Of a DNA stretch of 64,000 nucleotides, positions 52,337 through 64,000 are shown one piece after another. This stretch comes from Chiloscyllium plagiosum (taxonomy: Eukaryota), in the NCBI RefSeq assembly GCF_004010195.1, contig NC_057728.1, forward strand, positions 45,654,229 to 45,718,228, read 5' to 3'. How positions within the stretch are numbered: the first letter of the stretch is position 1; the number at the start of each line of letters is the position of its first letter. Position numbers and translations under genes: made by a program. A model generated the notes under the pieces. The model worked only from the letters and a program-made list of their open reading frames with translations. It was not told the origin of the DNA and did no database searches.

Positions 52337-53328
52337 AGTAGTCTGGCTGTCAGTTCTGAGATGCTCCTGATGTATGGAGTATCAGGAGCATCTCAGAACT
52401 GACAGCTAGACTACTGCGACCCCTAGGACTCATAACGGCACACAAACCAACAGCCATGCTCAGACAACNNNNNNNNNNNNNNNNNNNNNNNNNNNNNNNN
52501 NNNNNNNNNNNNNNNNNNNNNNNNNNNNNNNNNNNNNNNNNNNNNNNNNNNNNNNNNNNNNNNNNNNNNNNNNNNNNNNNNNNNNNNNNNNNNNNNNNNN
52601 NNNNNNNNNNNNNNNNNNNNNNNNNNNNNNNNNNNNNNNNNNNNNNNNNNNNNNNNNNNNNNNNNNNNNNNNNNNNNNNNNNNNNNNNNNNNNNNNNNNN
52701 NNNNNNNNNNNNNNNNNNNNNNAGTGATACTATGGGTCTGAGTGGGATGTCTGGTTTGTGTACTTTAGGTAATCCATAGAATCTGGGGGTGTTGTTGCTT
52801 TCCGGTTTCATTCTTTGTAGGTCAGCTCTGGTTATCTGTCCGTTTTTTTGTAGATTCCTTAGTGTGTTATTTATCCTATTGGTGAGTTGTGGTGTGGGGT
52901 CAAATTCCTTCATTTGGTAGGTGTTGATATCTGCAAGTAGTTGTTGTGCTTTTTGGATGTAATCAGATTTATCTAGGATGACCGTCATTCTGCCTTTATC
53001 TGCTGGTAGTATGATTATGTTCTTATCGTTTCTTAGTGATTTCAGTGCTTCCCTCTCCTTGGTGTTGAGGTTATGTGTTTGTCTTTTCCTTATTATCATA
53101 GGTACGACAGTTTGTCTCACTGTTTGTTGTGTCTCTTCTGTCAGTCCATTGTTCCTGAGTGTGCATTCTAGTGCTGCTAGGAGAAAGAAGCGCTTCGCAG
53201 GAGGCTCCCAAGCACTGATGATGTCGCCTAGCCAGGGGACGAAACGTTTGCAACAAAAACTTCCAGCTCGGCGAACAGAACCACAACAACGAGCACCCGA
53301 GCTACAAATCTTCGCACAAACTTTGAAC
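52337..53328. mobile_element. Rearranged family B PLE spanning an assembly gap
   Basis: Minus ORF IILPADKGRMTVILDK...PRFYGLPKVHKPDIPLRPIVS (52723-53182), then a plus-strand HHR end with tail at 53186-53328. Confidence 0.88.
53212..53251 (+). ncRNA. Hammerhead motif, family B (GUU triplet)
   Basis: gca-CTGATGA-T-GTCGCCT-AGCC-AGGGGAC-GAAAC-GTT-tgc. Confidence 0.72.
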
Positions 53329-53457
53329 CCTCCCTATCCAACTGCACCGCTGGTACCTCCCTGTCTGATGGCAGACAGTATCTTCAGATAACATGTCAGC
53401 AAAGGTGGTTCAGTGGTTAGCACTGCTGCCTCCCAGCTCCAGGGTCCCAGGGTCCCC

Positions 53458-55889
53458 ATGTGAAGATGGGGCTATGTCTCCACAATGACATTGCAGTGGA
53501 GGTCTTTAGAACTTTTGTAACTTTTAGCATTGAAGAGAACAGCTGAAAAGTAAACATACAGTTATCCACTCATATTATAAGGATAAAAATAAAAATAAAA
53601 TAGCTAAATAAAAAAAGCTTATATTCTACATATATGTGAATGTTGGTTTTCATAATGGATGGGCTAAAGTCAGGGAGGTGATGAGCTTTATTGCTGATGC
53701 AAAATAATTGGTCTTCCTGATGACAAGATGTGAGATTAAGACTAAATCAGGGTTAAAAAGAATACTAGGTTTACAAACAATTAGTCTCAATTTAAGTCCA
53801 TGATTGGAAGGGTTGGAATAAAAATGAAAAAAATCAAGAGAAACATTGAAGTTGTTGGGGGCAAAAATGGGAGAAATAGGAAATTACTGCTGGGTCCTCT
53901 TGTGGCGCAACGATAGTGTCTCTACCCCTGGACTGTGTGGGCCTGTTCAAGTCTCACTGCTCCAGAGGTGTGTAATAACATCTCTGAACAGGTTAAATAA
54001 AAAAAAAGTACAGCTGACTTTTGTCAATGTGGATTTGGTGTTTGATGCCTTTTCACTAAAGGGCTGCATGTCCGTCGATACAAGAGAATGGTGACTCCCG
54101 ATATAGAATAATAGGAGTGGGAGGGTAAGCCATTGCTGGCTATGATTGGATAGGTAAGAATAAAATAAACAAGACCAGGCTCACTAAGCAGGACAGAGAA
54201 GAATGAATTGGTCAAACATGTGAAAGCCTGTACAGAGATGGAGATGTGTTGCTGGAAAAGCGCAGCAGATCAGGCAGCATCCAAGGAGCAGGAGAATCGA
54301 CGTTTCAGGCATGAGCCCTTCTTCAGGAATCCTGAAGAAGGGCTCATGCCCGAAATGTCGATTCTCCTACTCCTTGGATGCTGCCTGACCTGCTGCACTT
54401 TTCCAGCAACACATTTTCAGCTCTGATCTCCAGCATCTGCAGTCCTCACTTTCTCCCAGAGATGGAGATGGACAAGGAATGACATAGTACAATCTCAGGG
54501 ACAGTTATTTATCACTTTTATTTGGGTCATTTCAATGTTGTGTGTAAAGTTGATTGACAAGATAGAAATATGGCACTGCATAAGTTTATGTAGTTTCATA
54601 TAATGTTATATTCTGGACAAAGAGCAATGTTGAATAATCTCCAAAGGCAGAGTTATCCCCTTCCTGGAGCTGGTGGATATATTTCAAATCACAAACAGTT
54701 TTCAGATAAAATGGATAGAGGGGTGAGTGTGCAAAACACTTGTTAATCTCCAGATGTAGGTATTTTAATGCCTGGAATCTATCTCTGGGCTGCCACCTAT
54801 TTCATACCCATTGTGGACTGCAGCATCATCCAATAGGGAAAGGTTGGGCAGACCTAGGTTGCCTGCTGGCTTGCTGGGAGGAAAAGCTGTAACTTTCCTT
54901 GTGAGATCCTGGAAACCTCATCTGCTCCAAGTATCCCCACAACAGATATTTTTTAGCTACCTTGGATGGAGCTCTTTGATCTGCAGATCTGCTTAAAGCT
55001 GGAGGCAAACCACAACACCTTCTGTGCTCATTACACTGCGGTTAAACTGCAAGCAAAGTCCTACTAATTTAGTGAATGCATATATGCATGAATTAGTCAT
55101 TTCTTAAGCCTGCCTTGCTATTTGCTTACACTCCTTCATCATGGTCAATACTACAAGATTGGAAAGCCACAATTAATTGCTGTTCTGAAACACAGCGAAT
55201 GCGTGACCCACTGTGGCATCACATTTAGTAAATCTTTATCATTTTTATTGTAATGAATTGAAATTTGTTGTAACATTGTAAAGAAACATTTATCGTATGA
55301 AGTTGATAATGATCCTTACAGCTACTTGTTGGGCTGGAATTTCAAACTCTGCCAGGTTGAATGTTTTTTTGGCTGAACATCAAATGACTGTGGGTGTATT
55401 TAGTAAATTTCAACACAATGCAATAAATCTTCTCTGCTCCACAACAGTTGGTTTTCCAGTTTCATAAACTATTTTCACATGTAATAGAAAGGAGTCTGAA
55501 GCAATTTTCAGCCTTCAACATTGGCCAAGATAGCTATAATATATCTACAATCCCATGTTTGTGGGTTAAAGCTTTTGGGTCACAAATTCAGCAGTTGAAA
55601 TGTTTAAATAATCTGAACTTTTTCTGCTTGAATTTCTTATTCCTATACTTAGTCTTAAGAACTGTTTAACACATTCACCATGGAACCTGTCAATGCACTT
55701 TATTTTTGTTCTAATATATGTAGGATGTAAGCTTTTTTTATTTAGCTATTTTCTTTTTATCTTTATCCCTATAATATGAGTGGATAACCGTGTGTTTACT
55801 TCTCAGCTGTTCTATTCAATGCTAAAAGTTACAAAAGTTCAAAAAACTTCCACTGCAATGTCATTATATATATACCCCCATCTTCACAT
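53458..55889. repeat. ~180-bp inverted repeat pair (53458-53635 and 55714-55889)
   Basis: atgtgaagatgggg...ttttgtaacttttagcattgaa...ctacatatat is the imperfect reverse complement of 55714-55889. Confidence 0.88.
54247..54456. mobile_element. Fold-back family A element with back-to-back HHR cores
   Basis: cttcttcaggaatcctgaagaag centre. TSD cagagatggagatg at 54233-54246 and 54457-54470. Confidence 0.9.
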
Positions 55890-56404
55890 AGGTGATGTCC
55901 TCTTCCATGCTATGAGACACTACTACCATGCTAGATGAGATAAACCTTAAACAGATCCAGGAACTCAAACTGGACACTCATGAGGCACTGTGAGTCATCA
56001 CAAGCAGCAGAATTGTACTCTATCACTATCTGTAACTTCATGGCCCAGCATATCCCCAACTCTACTGTTCCCATCGTCATGATCACAGATCATAACCCCA
56101 TTCATTTGTGGACATATTGAATTTTTAATTCCAACATCCATATTTTAAAAGACAATTGCTCCAACCAAAATAATTACTGCAGTTGTAAATTCAGCAAATA
56201 ACTGGTAGAGTTCTGAATGGAACAATAGAATGTCAGACTTGTAGAGTCAGGAAAGCTTCAAACAGAAATACTAAAGAGGAGGAGGTATTGAGAGGCTGAC
56301 TATCCAACCCATTCACAGTAGATCACCATCTCCTCCACTTATGTTAGAGTTTCACCCACCAGACATGAACAATACACTAGTATTAAAACCAAGCTGCAAT
56401 TGTG

Positions 56405-56735
56405 CTCTTTTTCTATATTCATTCTCAGGATATGGGCATTGCTGGCTAAGTAGCATTTATTACCCAGAGGGCAGCTAGGAGTCAACCACATTACTGTGGA
56501 TTTGGAGTCAGATGTTGGCCAGACCAGACCAGGTAAGGATGGTAGTTTCCTTCCCTCAAGGGCATTAATGAACCAGATGGGTTTTTCCCGATAATCGGTC
56601 ATCATTAGATTCTTAATTCCAGATATTTATTTAATTCAAGTTCCACTTTCTGCGGTGATGGGATTTGAACCTAAGTCCCCTGAATGTTATCTGAATTTCT
56701 GGATAAACAGTCCAGCGATAATACCCCTAGGCCTT
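56405..56735 (-). mobile_element. SacSINE1/DeuSINE-like SINE
   Basis: Same core as 39145-39410 and 35065-35385. Confidence 0.65.
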
Positions 56736-57561
56736 CCCCTCACCTGTTTAGTGCCCTGATGTCCTAGTGTGTTGTGAATTTCACAGCTTTGAGAACAGCC
56801 ATTAAAAAGCCATGCACTGCAGGTAAGAAAAAAGAAAAAAGTGACAAACTTTGAGTGTTTCCAGACTGTCAGTGTCAAAAGGAATCAGGGCAAAGGAATT
56901 TAATCAACTTGTATACCTAAGAATTGTGAGATTGACTGCTTAACTACCAATGTCAACAATACAGATAATATTTACTTTAACGGCTGTTCAACTACTTACA
57001 CTTCACAAGCAACTCAGAAATGGATCCAAATCTTTTTTTAACATTGTAGCTTTGTGAACTCACTTCCTACTCCTAATATAACTGCTGTGTTAGGATTTCT
57101 TCTCATGTTTTACAACTAATAATCTCAGTTGATTGGTAAATTGATGATTTTGTAAACATAAATTCACTTAGTTTGGGAGAGTGCTATCCACTAAGAAAGG
57201 TTTTTTTAAAAATGCATCTTTTTGTGACCAACTGAGGGTGTGAATGAAAAGAATGAAGCTAATTTCTTTCTCCTTACGCTGGAGCTTAACAATTTAGGGT
57301 ATCCCATTTGGAATCATAATGAATTGGATAATCTCACTTCAGGACTAGTTGTAACACTTGTTCATAAAAAAACGTAGGAGGCTACATTCCAAGACAGCAA
57401 CTGATATAACTAAATATGAGGTGTCAATCTGGCAATGCTACATTCCAGAATTACATGAATGTCAATCAGTGGAAGCAGTAATCAATTGTTGGGGCCAAGC
57501 AATCCCACAACAAAGAGATCAGGTCTAAGCCCAGCAAACCTGCCACACTGAGTCACGAATA

Positions 57562-57925
57562 GAAGCAGGTCAGGCAGCATCTGAGGAGCAGGAGAATCAA
57601 TGTTTCAGGCCAGAGCCCTTCATCATGGGTGGCACAGTGGTTAGCACTGCTGCCTCACAGCGCCAGCGCCTGGGTTCAATTCCCGCCTCAGGCGACTGAC
57701 CGTGTGGAGTTTGCACATTCTCCCTGTGTCTGCATGGGTTTCCTCCGGGTGCTCCGGTTTCCTCCCACAGTCCAAAGATGTGCAGGTCAGGTGAATTGGC
57801 CATGCTAAATTGCCCGTAGTGTTAGGTGAAGGGGTAAGTGTAGGGGTATGGGTGGGTGGCGGGTCAGTGTGGACTTGTTGGGCTGAAGGGCCTGTTTCCA
57901 CACTGTAGGTAATCTAATCAGGAAT
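57562..57925. mobile_element. Family A arm (minus) split by an HE1 SINE (57627-57918, plus)
   Basis: gcccttcatca|HE1|ggaat. Confidence 0.85.
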
Positions 57926-59050
57926 TTTCATCCCAGGCAACATCCTAGTGAATCTTCTCAACATACTCGCTAGTGCAATCGCTATCCTCCTGATAGTGTG
58001 TTAATCATAACTGAACAATATTCCATCTTTGGCCTAACCAATGTTTTATAAAGTTGTAACAAGACTTCCTTGCTCTTATATTCTGTGCCCTGACTAATGC
58101 AGGCAAGCATCCGATATGCCTTCTTCATACCGTGTCTAACTGTGTTGACACCTTCAGGAATCAATGAACTTGTAAACCAAGGTCCCTGTGTTCCTCAGTG
58201 CTGCCTAGGGACAAACCATTCACTTACAGGATTAAATTCCATCTGCTATTGCTCTGCCCAATTTACCAGCTAATCAATATTAGACTGTACCCTGAGATCA
58301 TCCTCCTCACTATTAACAACACCACCAATTTTAGTGACATTTGAAAACTTATTAGTTATACCTTCTAAATTTACATCCAATTCATTAATGTAAATAACAA
58401 AGCAGCAAAGGTCCAAGCCCCTACCCCTGTGGTACACCACTGGTCACAGGCTTCCAATGATAGCAACAATCTCCTCCGTCATCCTTTGGCTCCTATTGCT
58501 AAGCCAAATTTAGATTCAGTTTGACAACTTGCTTAGAATCCCATAGACTCTTACATTTTGGACCAGTTTTTCATGTGGAACCTTGTCAAAAGCATGACTG
58601 AAGTCCATGTAAACTGCACAACTCCCATCACTTACTCAAAAGACTAAAATAAATTAGTCAGACAGGGTCTCCCTCTAACAAGTCAGTGCTGATTACCTTT
58701 GATCAATCTCTGCCTTTCCAAATGTCCAAAATTCTCCCTCATTTCTTTCCAGTAATTTCTCTATTACTAAAGTCAAACTAACTGGTCTGTAATTACTAGG
58801 CCTATCACAACTGTCTTTATTGAACAAAGTAACCATATTAGTTCTCCTCCAGTCATCTAGTGCTTTGCCTGTGGCTAGTGATGTCTTAAATATCTCTGCC
58901 AGGGTCCCAGCAATCTCCTTCATTGCCTCCCATAGTAGCCTGAGATACATCTCAACAGGCCCTGGGAAGTTATGCACCATTTTGCCCATTAAAACATCTA
59001 ATATGTTATGGACCTGACCAAACCCTACCTGCAAATATATCAAGGAGGTA
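57926..59050 (-). mobile_element. CR1/HER1 LINE RT fragment
   Basis: NYRPVSLTLVIEKLLE and VLLQLYKTLVRPKMEYC. Confidence 0.85.
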
Positions 59051-59093
59051 GCTTTGACCCTGACTTTTATCTGATTTAAAGGCATGTGCAAGG

Positions 59094-59631
59094 TGCGATG
59101 TTTCAGATGTAATTCAATGGTCACACCACTCAGCTTTAACCAAAACACATTTTATTCTTACCCTCAGGTAAAATGCAAACAAAAGAAAGAAGAATTGATG
59201 TAACTTGAACTTTATTGGAAAACTTAACAGAATAATAGATTATTTAATTACGAAATACAACTGTTCCAATACAGTAACATCCCATAAACATCCTTTTGGC
59301 AAAGGCAAATTCAGTAAAATAGATTGTCTAACATGAGATTCTGGCAGAGAGAGAGAGAACCGAGCCTTTTAGTTGTAGCAGGGGGAAAGAGACAGCTTCC
59401 ACAGCCAACTTCCAAACCCCAACACTGAAAGCTAAACTAAAATCTTGGTTCAGTGGAATTCTAATTCCACCCATTCATGCTACTTCTACTATTTCAACTT
59501 TGAAAAAAAACCCAAGGCCTCAGAAGCTGTTTACTTTATTGGCATTGAATAGATAGCTCTTCACCTATGGCTCAAAACATGTCTTAAAATAAAGGACAAA
59601 ATACACCTCTTAAAGGCATAGTATCATCACA
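59094..59631 (-). mobile_element. Possible solo LTR
   Basis: TG..CA ends with short inverted termini tgcgatg/catcaca, and AATAAA on the minus strand. Its start resembles 47450-47490. No TSD seen. Confidence 0.4.
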
Positions 59632-61884
59632 CTTATTTGCAATAACACGTCCTTGTACCTTACCGCTCCAATTGAAATATTCCAATAAGGCTGAATAATT
59701 TGAATGCATATTCAGACAGAAGTGCTGAGTGGATGATCTACATCAGCCTACTCCTGAAATCCCCAGCATCACAAATGACAGTCTTCAATCAGTTGGATTC
59801 ACTGCACGTGACATCATGAAGTTGCTGAACGCTCCATATATCTCAAAAGCTATGGGTCCTGCCAACATTGAACTAATAGGACTCAAGACTCCAGAATAAG
59901 TCATAACTCTAGTCAAGCCATTTCAATACAGCTAATGAGGAAATCTATTTCCAGCATTCTGACAGAATGTAACATCTATGGAGTTCCAAGAATAATTAGG
60001 AGGCAACATTCAATTCCACCCAGCGACAGGGGCAGGGCATATTGCCAAGATTTCAATTGGACACTGAGGATAGTTCAACAGTGATGGTAAAGCAGTTTGG
60101 AGTCATAGTGAATTAGAGAAGAGACAGAGACAGAATCTCTATGTTGCACTGATCTGCGTGATCCATGTGCTAGCATTTGCTGTTTGATGTAGGCTCTCAA
60201 CCTTTCCTCTTGTCTTAGGAATTGTGACCCTCGAGTTAAACAATCATCAGTTATCTCTCTCTAATGAGACAGCAGCCCTATGATCAGGTAGGACGATAGT
60301 GACTTTATCATCAGGGTGTTTAGTCATGGTAAATTATTCATACTGGATAATATTAATTCTGGATGCAAGAAATAAGTTGTACATATACATGTATAGTACA
60401 CTGCATTACTGTACTATCATTGTAAACCCTTGTTTGTTCAAAAACATGGAGTTTTGTAGCTTCCTTCTCTTAATATCCACCTTGGATCTCACCTTTTGTC
60501 TACTTTAAAAAAAAAACTGGTCTCTATTGAGATCATAACATAAATTCAGTGCTTTGTTAAAGGATAATACATCATCAGCATCAGTCTAACCAATCATCAC
60601 ATCGTTAACTAGCTCTCCTGTTTTAATCAGATGCAGTTAGTATCCGCTGCAAGGATTTGCTGGTTGATAATCAGACGTTCAGAATCATCCTTGGATATCA
60701 ATTCCTGGAATGGGATCGAACTCAGAGCTTCTGACTCAGAGGCAGGGCTATGTTCCACATTTGTTGGTCTTCTTCTTATTATTAATTATTATTATTGTTA
60801 CATGTACCAAGATACAATGTCTCTTACTGGATAAAGTCTTCATAAGTCATCTGTATGTGCAGTTTCAAGTGCAACTAAGAACTCTCATCTTTTGACTCAG
60901 ATGCTGGAACGCTGTCACAAACACAGTCACACCTATATTCATTGCTAAACTGATTATTTATTAAAAACAAAACCTTTAATCTTGCTGAAGCAGACACAAC
61001 AGAAAATGCTCTTATGCATTTTTAATGATCTATCCATATAGAAAGTTTGTTTAAGATATGCATCATCTTTGCTTCTCAGTGGTGACTGCATTCTTCAATT
61101 GAGTATTAAAATAATTATTTACTACTGACAGAAACCATAATTAAGTGACACAGAAAAATAATCAAGTTGGGATGTAAAATATTTATCATTATGTGGTAAG
61201 TTAATATAATTAGGAAAAACTTTGGTCTACAAAGTCACACATTTATTAAACTAGCTGATGCAAGGCCAAACATGGTTCTGATCCTTGATAAATTGCTTAT
61301 GTTAACCTGGAAGATGTTTTATAACAATGAGTACTATGCTATGTTGCACAGGATACATGATCCCTCGGTGACTAATTTAATGTGACAGGATACATTTACT
61401 TTTTTTCACAGACGTATAAAATGCAACAAGGAAAATGCAATGAGAAGAGCATTACAGGAAGAAAATGTAACACAGAGAACATACATATGAAACACAGCAC
61501 TTAATATATTATGAAATTTTGGAGCGTCAAAATTTGTACAGTATTGAAAAGTTGTATTCTTATGAACTTGCCAAATAAAAGTGAAGACACATCTTAGAAC
61601 ACCTGTTAAATTACAATAACATGGGTATTAAACTTGAGATAAAGAATAAAATTTAATGTGCAGTCAAAAATAGCTGTTGTAAAAAAAGCAGCTATTTAAA
61701 GTGGAGCTAATAAAAAAAACAGCGTAACCCAATCAATGTGTTAGAGAACAAGCAATGCAGAACATGTTAAACATGGAGAAACTAGTGAAACAGTGCTTTC
61801 GTGGTGAGACTCAAAAATACAGCATGATTGGCATCGTCGATGTAGAATTTTGCCAATAAAAATGTGGAATAAAAGACCAAAAGT

Positions 61885-62008
61885 TCAGTAGATGCTGGTA
61901 AACAGAAACAAAATCAGAAATTGCTGGAAAACCTCAGTAGGTCAGACAGCATCTGTGGAAAGAAAGCAGAATTAACGTTTGAGGCCAATGACCATTCTTC
62001 AGGACTGA
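61885..62008 (-). mobile_element. Family D-like PLE end with decayed HHR
   Basis: Minus strand reads ctgaagaatggtcattggcctcaaacgttaatt. Confidence 0.65.
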
Positions 62009-63379
62009 ATAAGTTCTGAATATTAATATAATTTCACTTTAACAGGCTGAAAAAATTATATATATTGACTTTAAAAGTGCACCTCAAAAGTTGTGACTTA
62101 AATATCAGGTTATGAGCAATGAATATATGCCAAGTCTCAGTATTGTATATTATGAATGTGTAGTCAATATTTTAAACGTTGGACACAAACTATTAAAGTG
62201 GTGTCAATTCTTGCAACTTTTGGCATCTTGAGCTTCAGTCTTGAGTCATAAACAAACACTTAATTAAATGTGAACATTAACAGCTATCTGGAGAAGTCTA
62301 ACAACTCTTTATTTAAGGATTGTTCAGCACAAAAAACAATGATTTCCAACTTGCCTGTCCTGCCCTGTTCACCCTGGACAGAAAAAATTAAACTCAATAT
62401 ATGGAAGATGATTGTGAATGAATACTTATTAATCTTCCATTGTGTAAGGATGGTCACTCATTTAAACTAGAATGGCTGTCTCTTACTCTCATGAGATTAA
62501 ACAGCATGCACACCACTCCGCTTGGGGGCAAAAAAAATGAAATTATGGAAGTTATATGTTGAGAAAGTGATTTTGTTGCAAGCTTTTAAATTAGCAAGAA
62601 CCTGTTTTGCAGATAGATAAAAAAGTTCTTTCAAAAATCATAAAAAAAGTTGGAAGTCATCCAAATGTTGTTTAATTCCACTGCATGGTTTCATTTCCGA
62701 AAGCAGTGATTGTCAATAGCCAACCTGTGGTTTTCTGATTGTCAGACTGCTCTTTCTGCTATTTGTTCCTTCTAATGTATGCACTGTAACTCATGGCACT
62801 ACTGCTTTAGCTCCTGTGGTATGTGTGTAGCTGTGCTGGTGCTTAGAGAACACTGTGAAGGGTTGGCTTGCTCTTGGCACAGAACATTGCTGGCAGCCTT
62901 CCTCCTCTTCAGGCCTACAATGGCAAAAAAGGAACAAGTATTACATTGTTGCCCTCAAGATATATTTTGAAATGGAACTAGCATTGCAAGATTTTGTGTA
63001 TTACAATTATGCATGTTTATTAATGAATGAGAAAGAGAATAAACAAAGAACAGAATAGTACCAGACCTGAGCACTAAATTAATGATACATATTAATAAGA
63101 CCAAAGAAGAAAGAACACAGGGTCATTTCAAATGGGAGGCAATTGAAAAGCAGAGAACTTTTAAACGTATTTTAAGCCTTGATTAGGCATTTTTTTTAAT
63201 ATCAGCATTGGGTGTCTTTCCTACAGTGGAAAACAATGCAGCTAAATTGACAATGAAAGCATTGGAGATGCAACATGAATGGCTGTTGTAATCACTCAGC
63301 CCATCTCTAATGTGCAAGCTGTTAAATTAGGTATTTGAAAGCATATTTTGTTTAAAGAATAGTTTTGCTGAAAATAATG

Positions 63380-63698
63380 GTGGCATGGTGGCTCAGTGGT
63401 TAGCACTGCTGCCTCACAGCGCCAGGGACCTGGGTTCAATTCCTGCCTCGGGCAACCGTCTGTTTGGAGTTTGCACATTCTCCCTGTATCTGCATGGGTT
63501 TCCTCTGGGTGCTCCAGTTTCGTCCCACAGTCCAAAGATGTGCAGGTTAGGTGAATTGGCTATGCTAGATTGTAGTGTTAGGTGCATTAGTCAGGGGTAA
63601 ATATAGGGGAATGGGTCTGTGTGGGTTGCTCTTCGGAGGGTCGGTGTGGACTTGTTGGGCCGAAGAGCCTGTTTCCACACTGTAGTGAATCTAATCTA
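63380..63698 (+). mobile_element. HE1 SINE, full length
   Basis: gtggctcagtggttagc (A box), ggttcaattcc (B box), V-domain and (aatct)n tail. Confidence 0.92.
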
Positions 63699-64000
63699 GA
63701 TAACATAACTTGCAATCAAATATTAAATTTTTATCAGCAAAAGAAATACTATACTGTAACAGAGAAATTTCAACCTTTGCATTGGAATCTTTAGAAATAT
63801 GGTCACTTGGGACTCTCACCAATATGACCCTGAATGCTGACTGGAAAACTTCAGTCAGCCTCCCTTAATTGACCTCAAATAAATTGCCAGTGAACCTTAT
63901 TAGTTTTCTACCTTCTGTAGGCTGATGGATCTTTCGTCCACCAAACCCACTTCTGCAAAATTGGTCTAGGGGTATATATAAGTAATCTCGAAAAAGAATA

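Noticed and set aside
52314..52338. Tandem ggctgttctcaa(g) as the TSD of the 52.3-53.3 kb PLE
   Set aside because: Both copies are on the same side and there is no match at 53329; the nearby gap makes the structure uncertain.
1..57925. Repeated palindromic units read as a CRISPR array or DNA-transposon MITEs
   Set aside because: Copies are dispersed, have no spacers, show variable TSD length and are linked to PLE ORFs, in a eukaryotic context.
63380..63450. tRNA gene
   Set aside because: A and B boxes belong to the HE1 SINE head, which continues into SINE body.

Overview
Eukaryotic, AT-rich, repeat-dense window with two assembly gaps (about 4175-4356 and 52469-52722). The HE1 SINE / HER1-type CR1 LINE content points to a cartilaginous fish (shark); this is an inference. 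I found no host protein-coding exon I can support, so the window looks like a gene desert or large intron with several enhancer-like islands. All recognisable coding sequence is decayed transposon: CR1/HER1, Rex1/Babar, Gypsy remnants, and Penelope-like elements (PLEs) with RT and GIY-YIG. The main signal is a dense set of hammerhead-ribozyme (HHR) motifs (CUGANGA + stem II + GAAA + palindromic stem III + NUH) in at least four distinct PLE terminal-repeat families. Most sit in small fold-back insertions flanked by 7-16 bp target-site duplications (TSDs), with a 35-45 nt tail on one arm only. One family carries a U3-A8 compensatory core. Also present: a pogo/Tigger-like MITE, nested insertions, a 32-bp minisatellite and an unexplained ~180-bp inverted duplication 2.1 kb apart.
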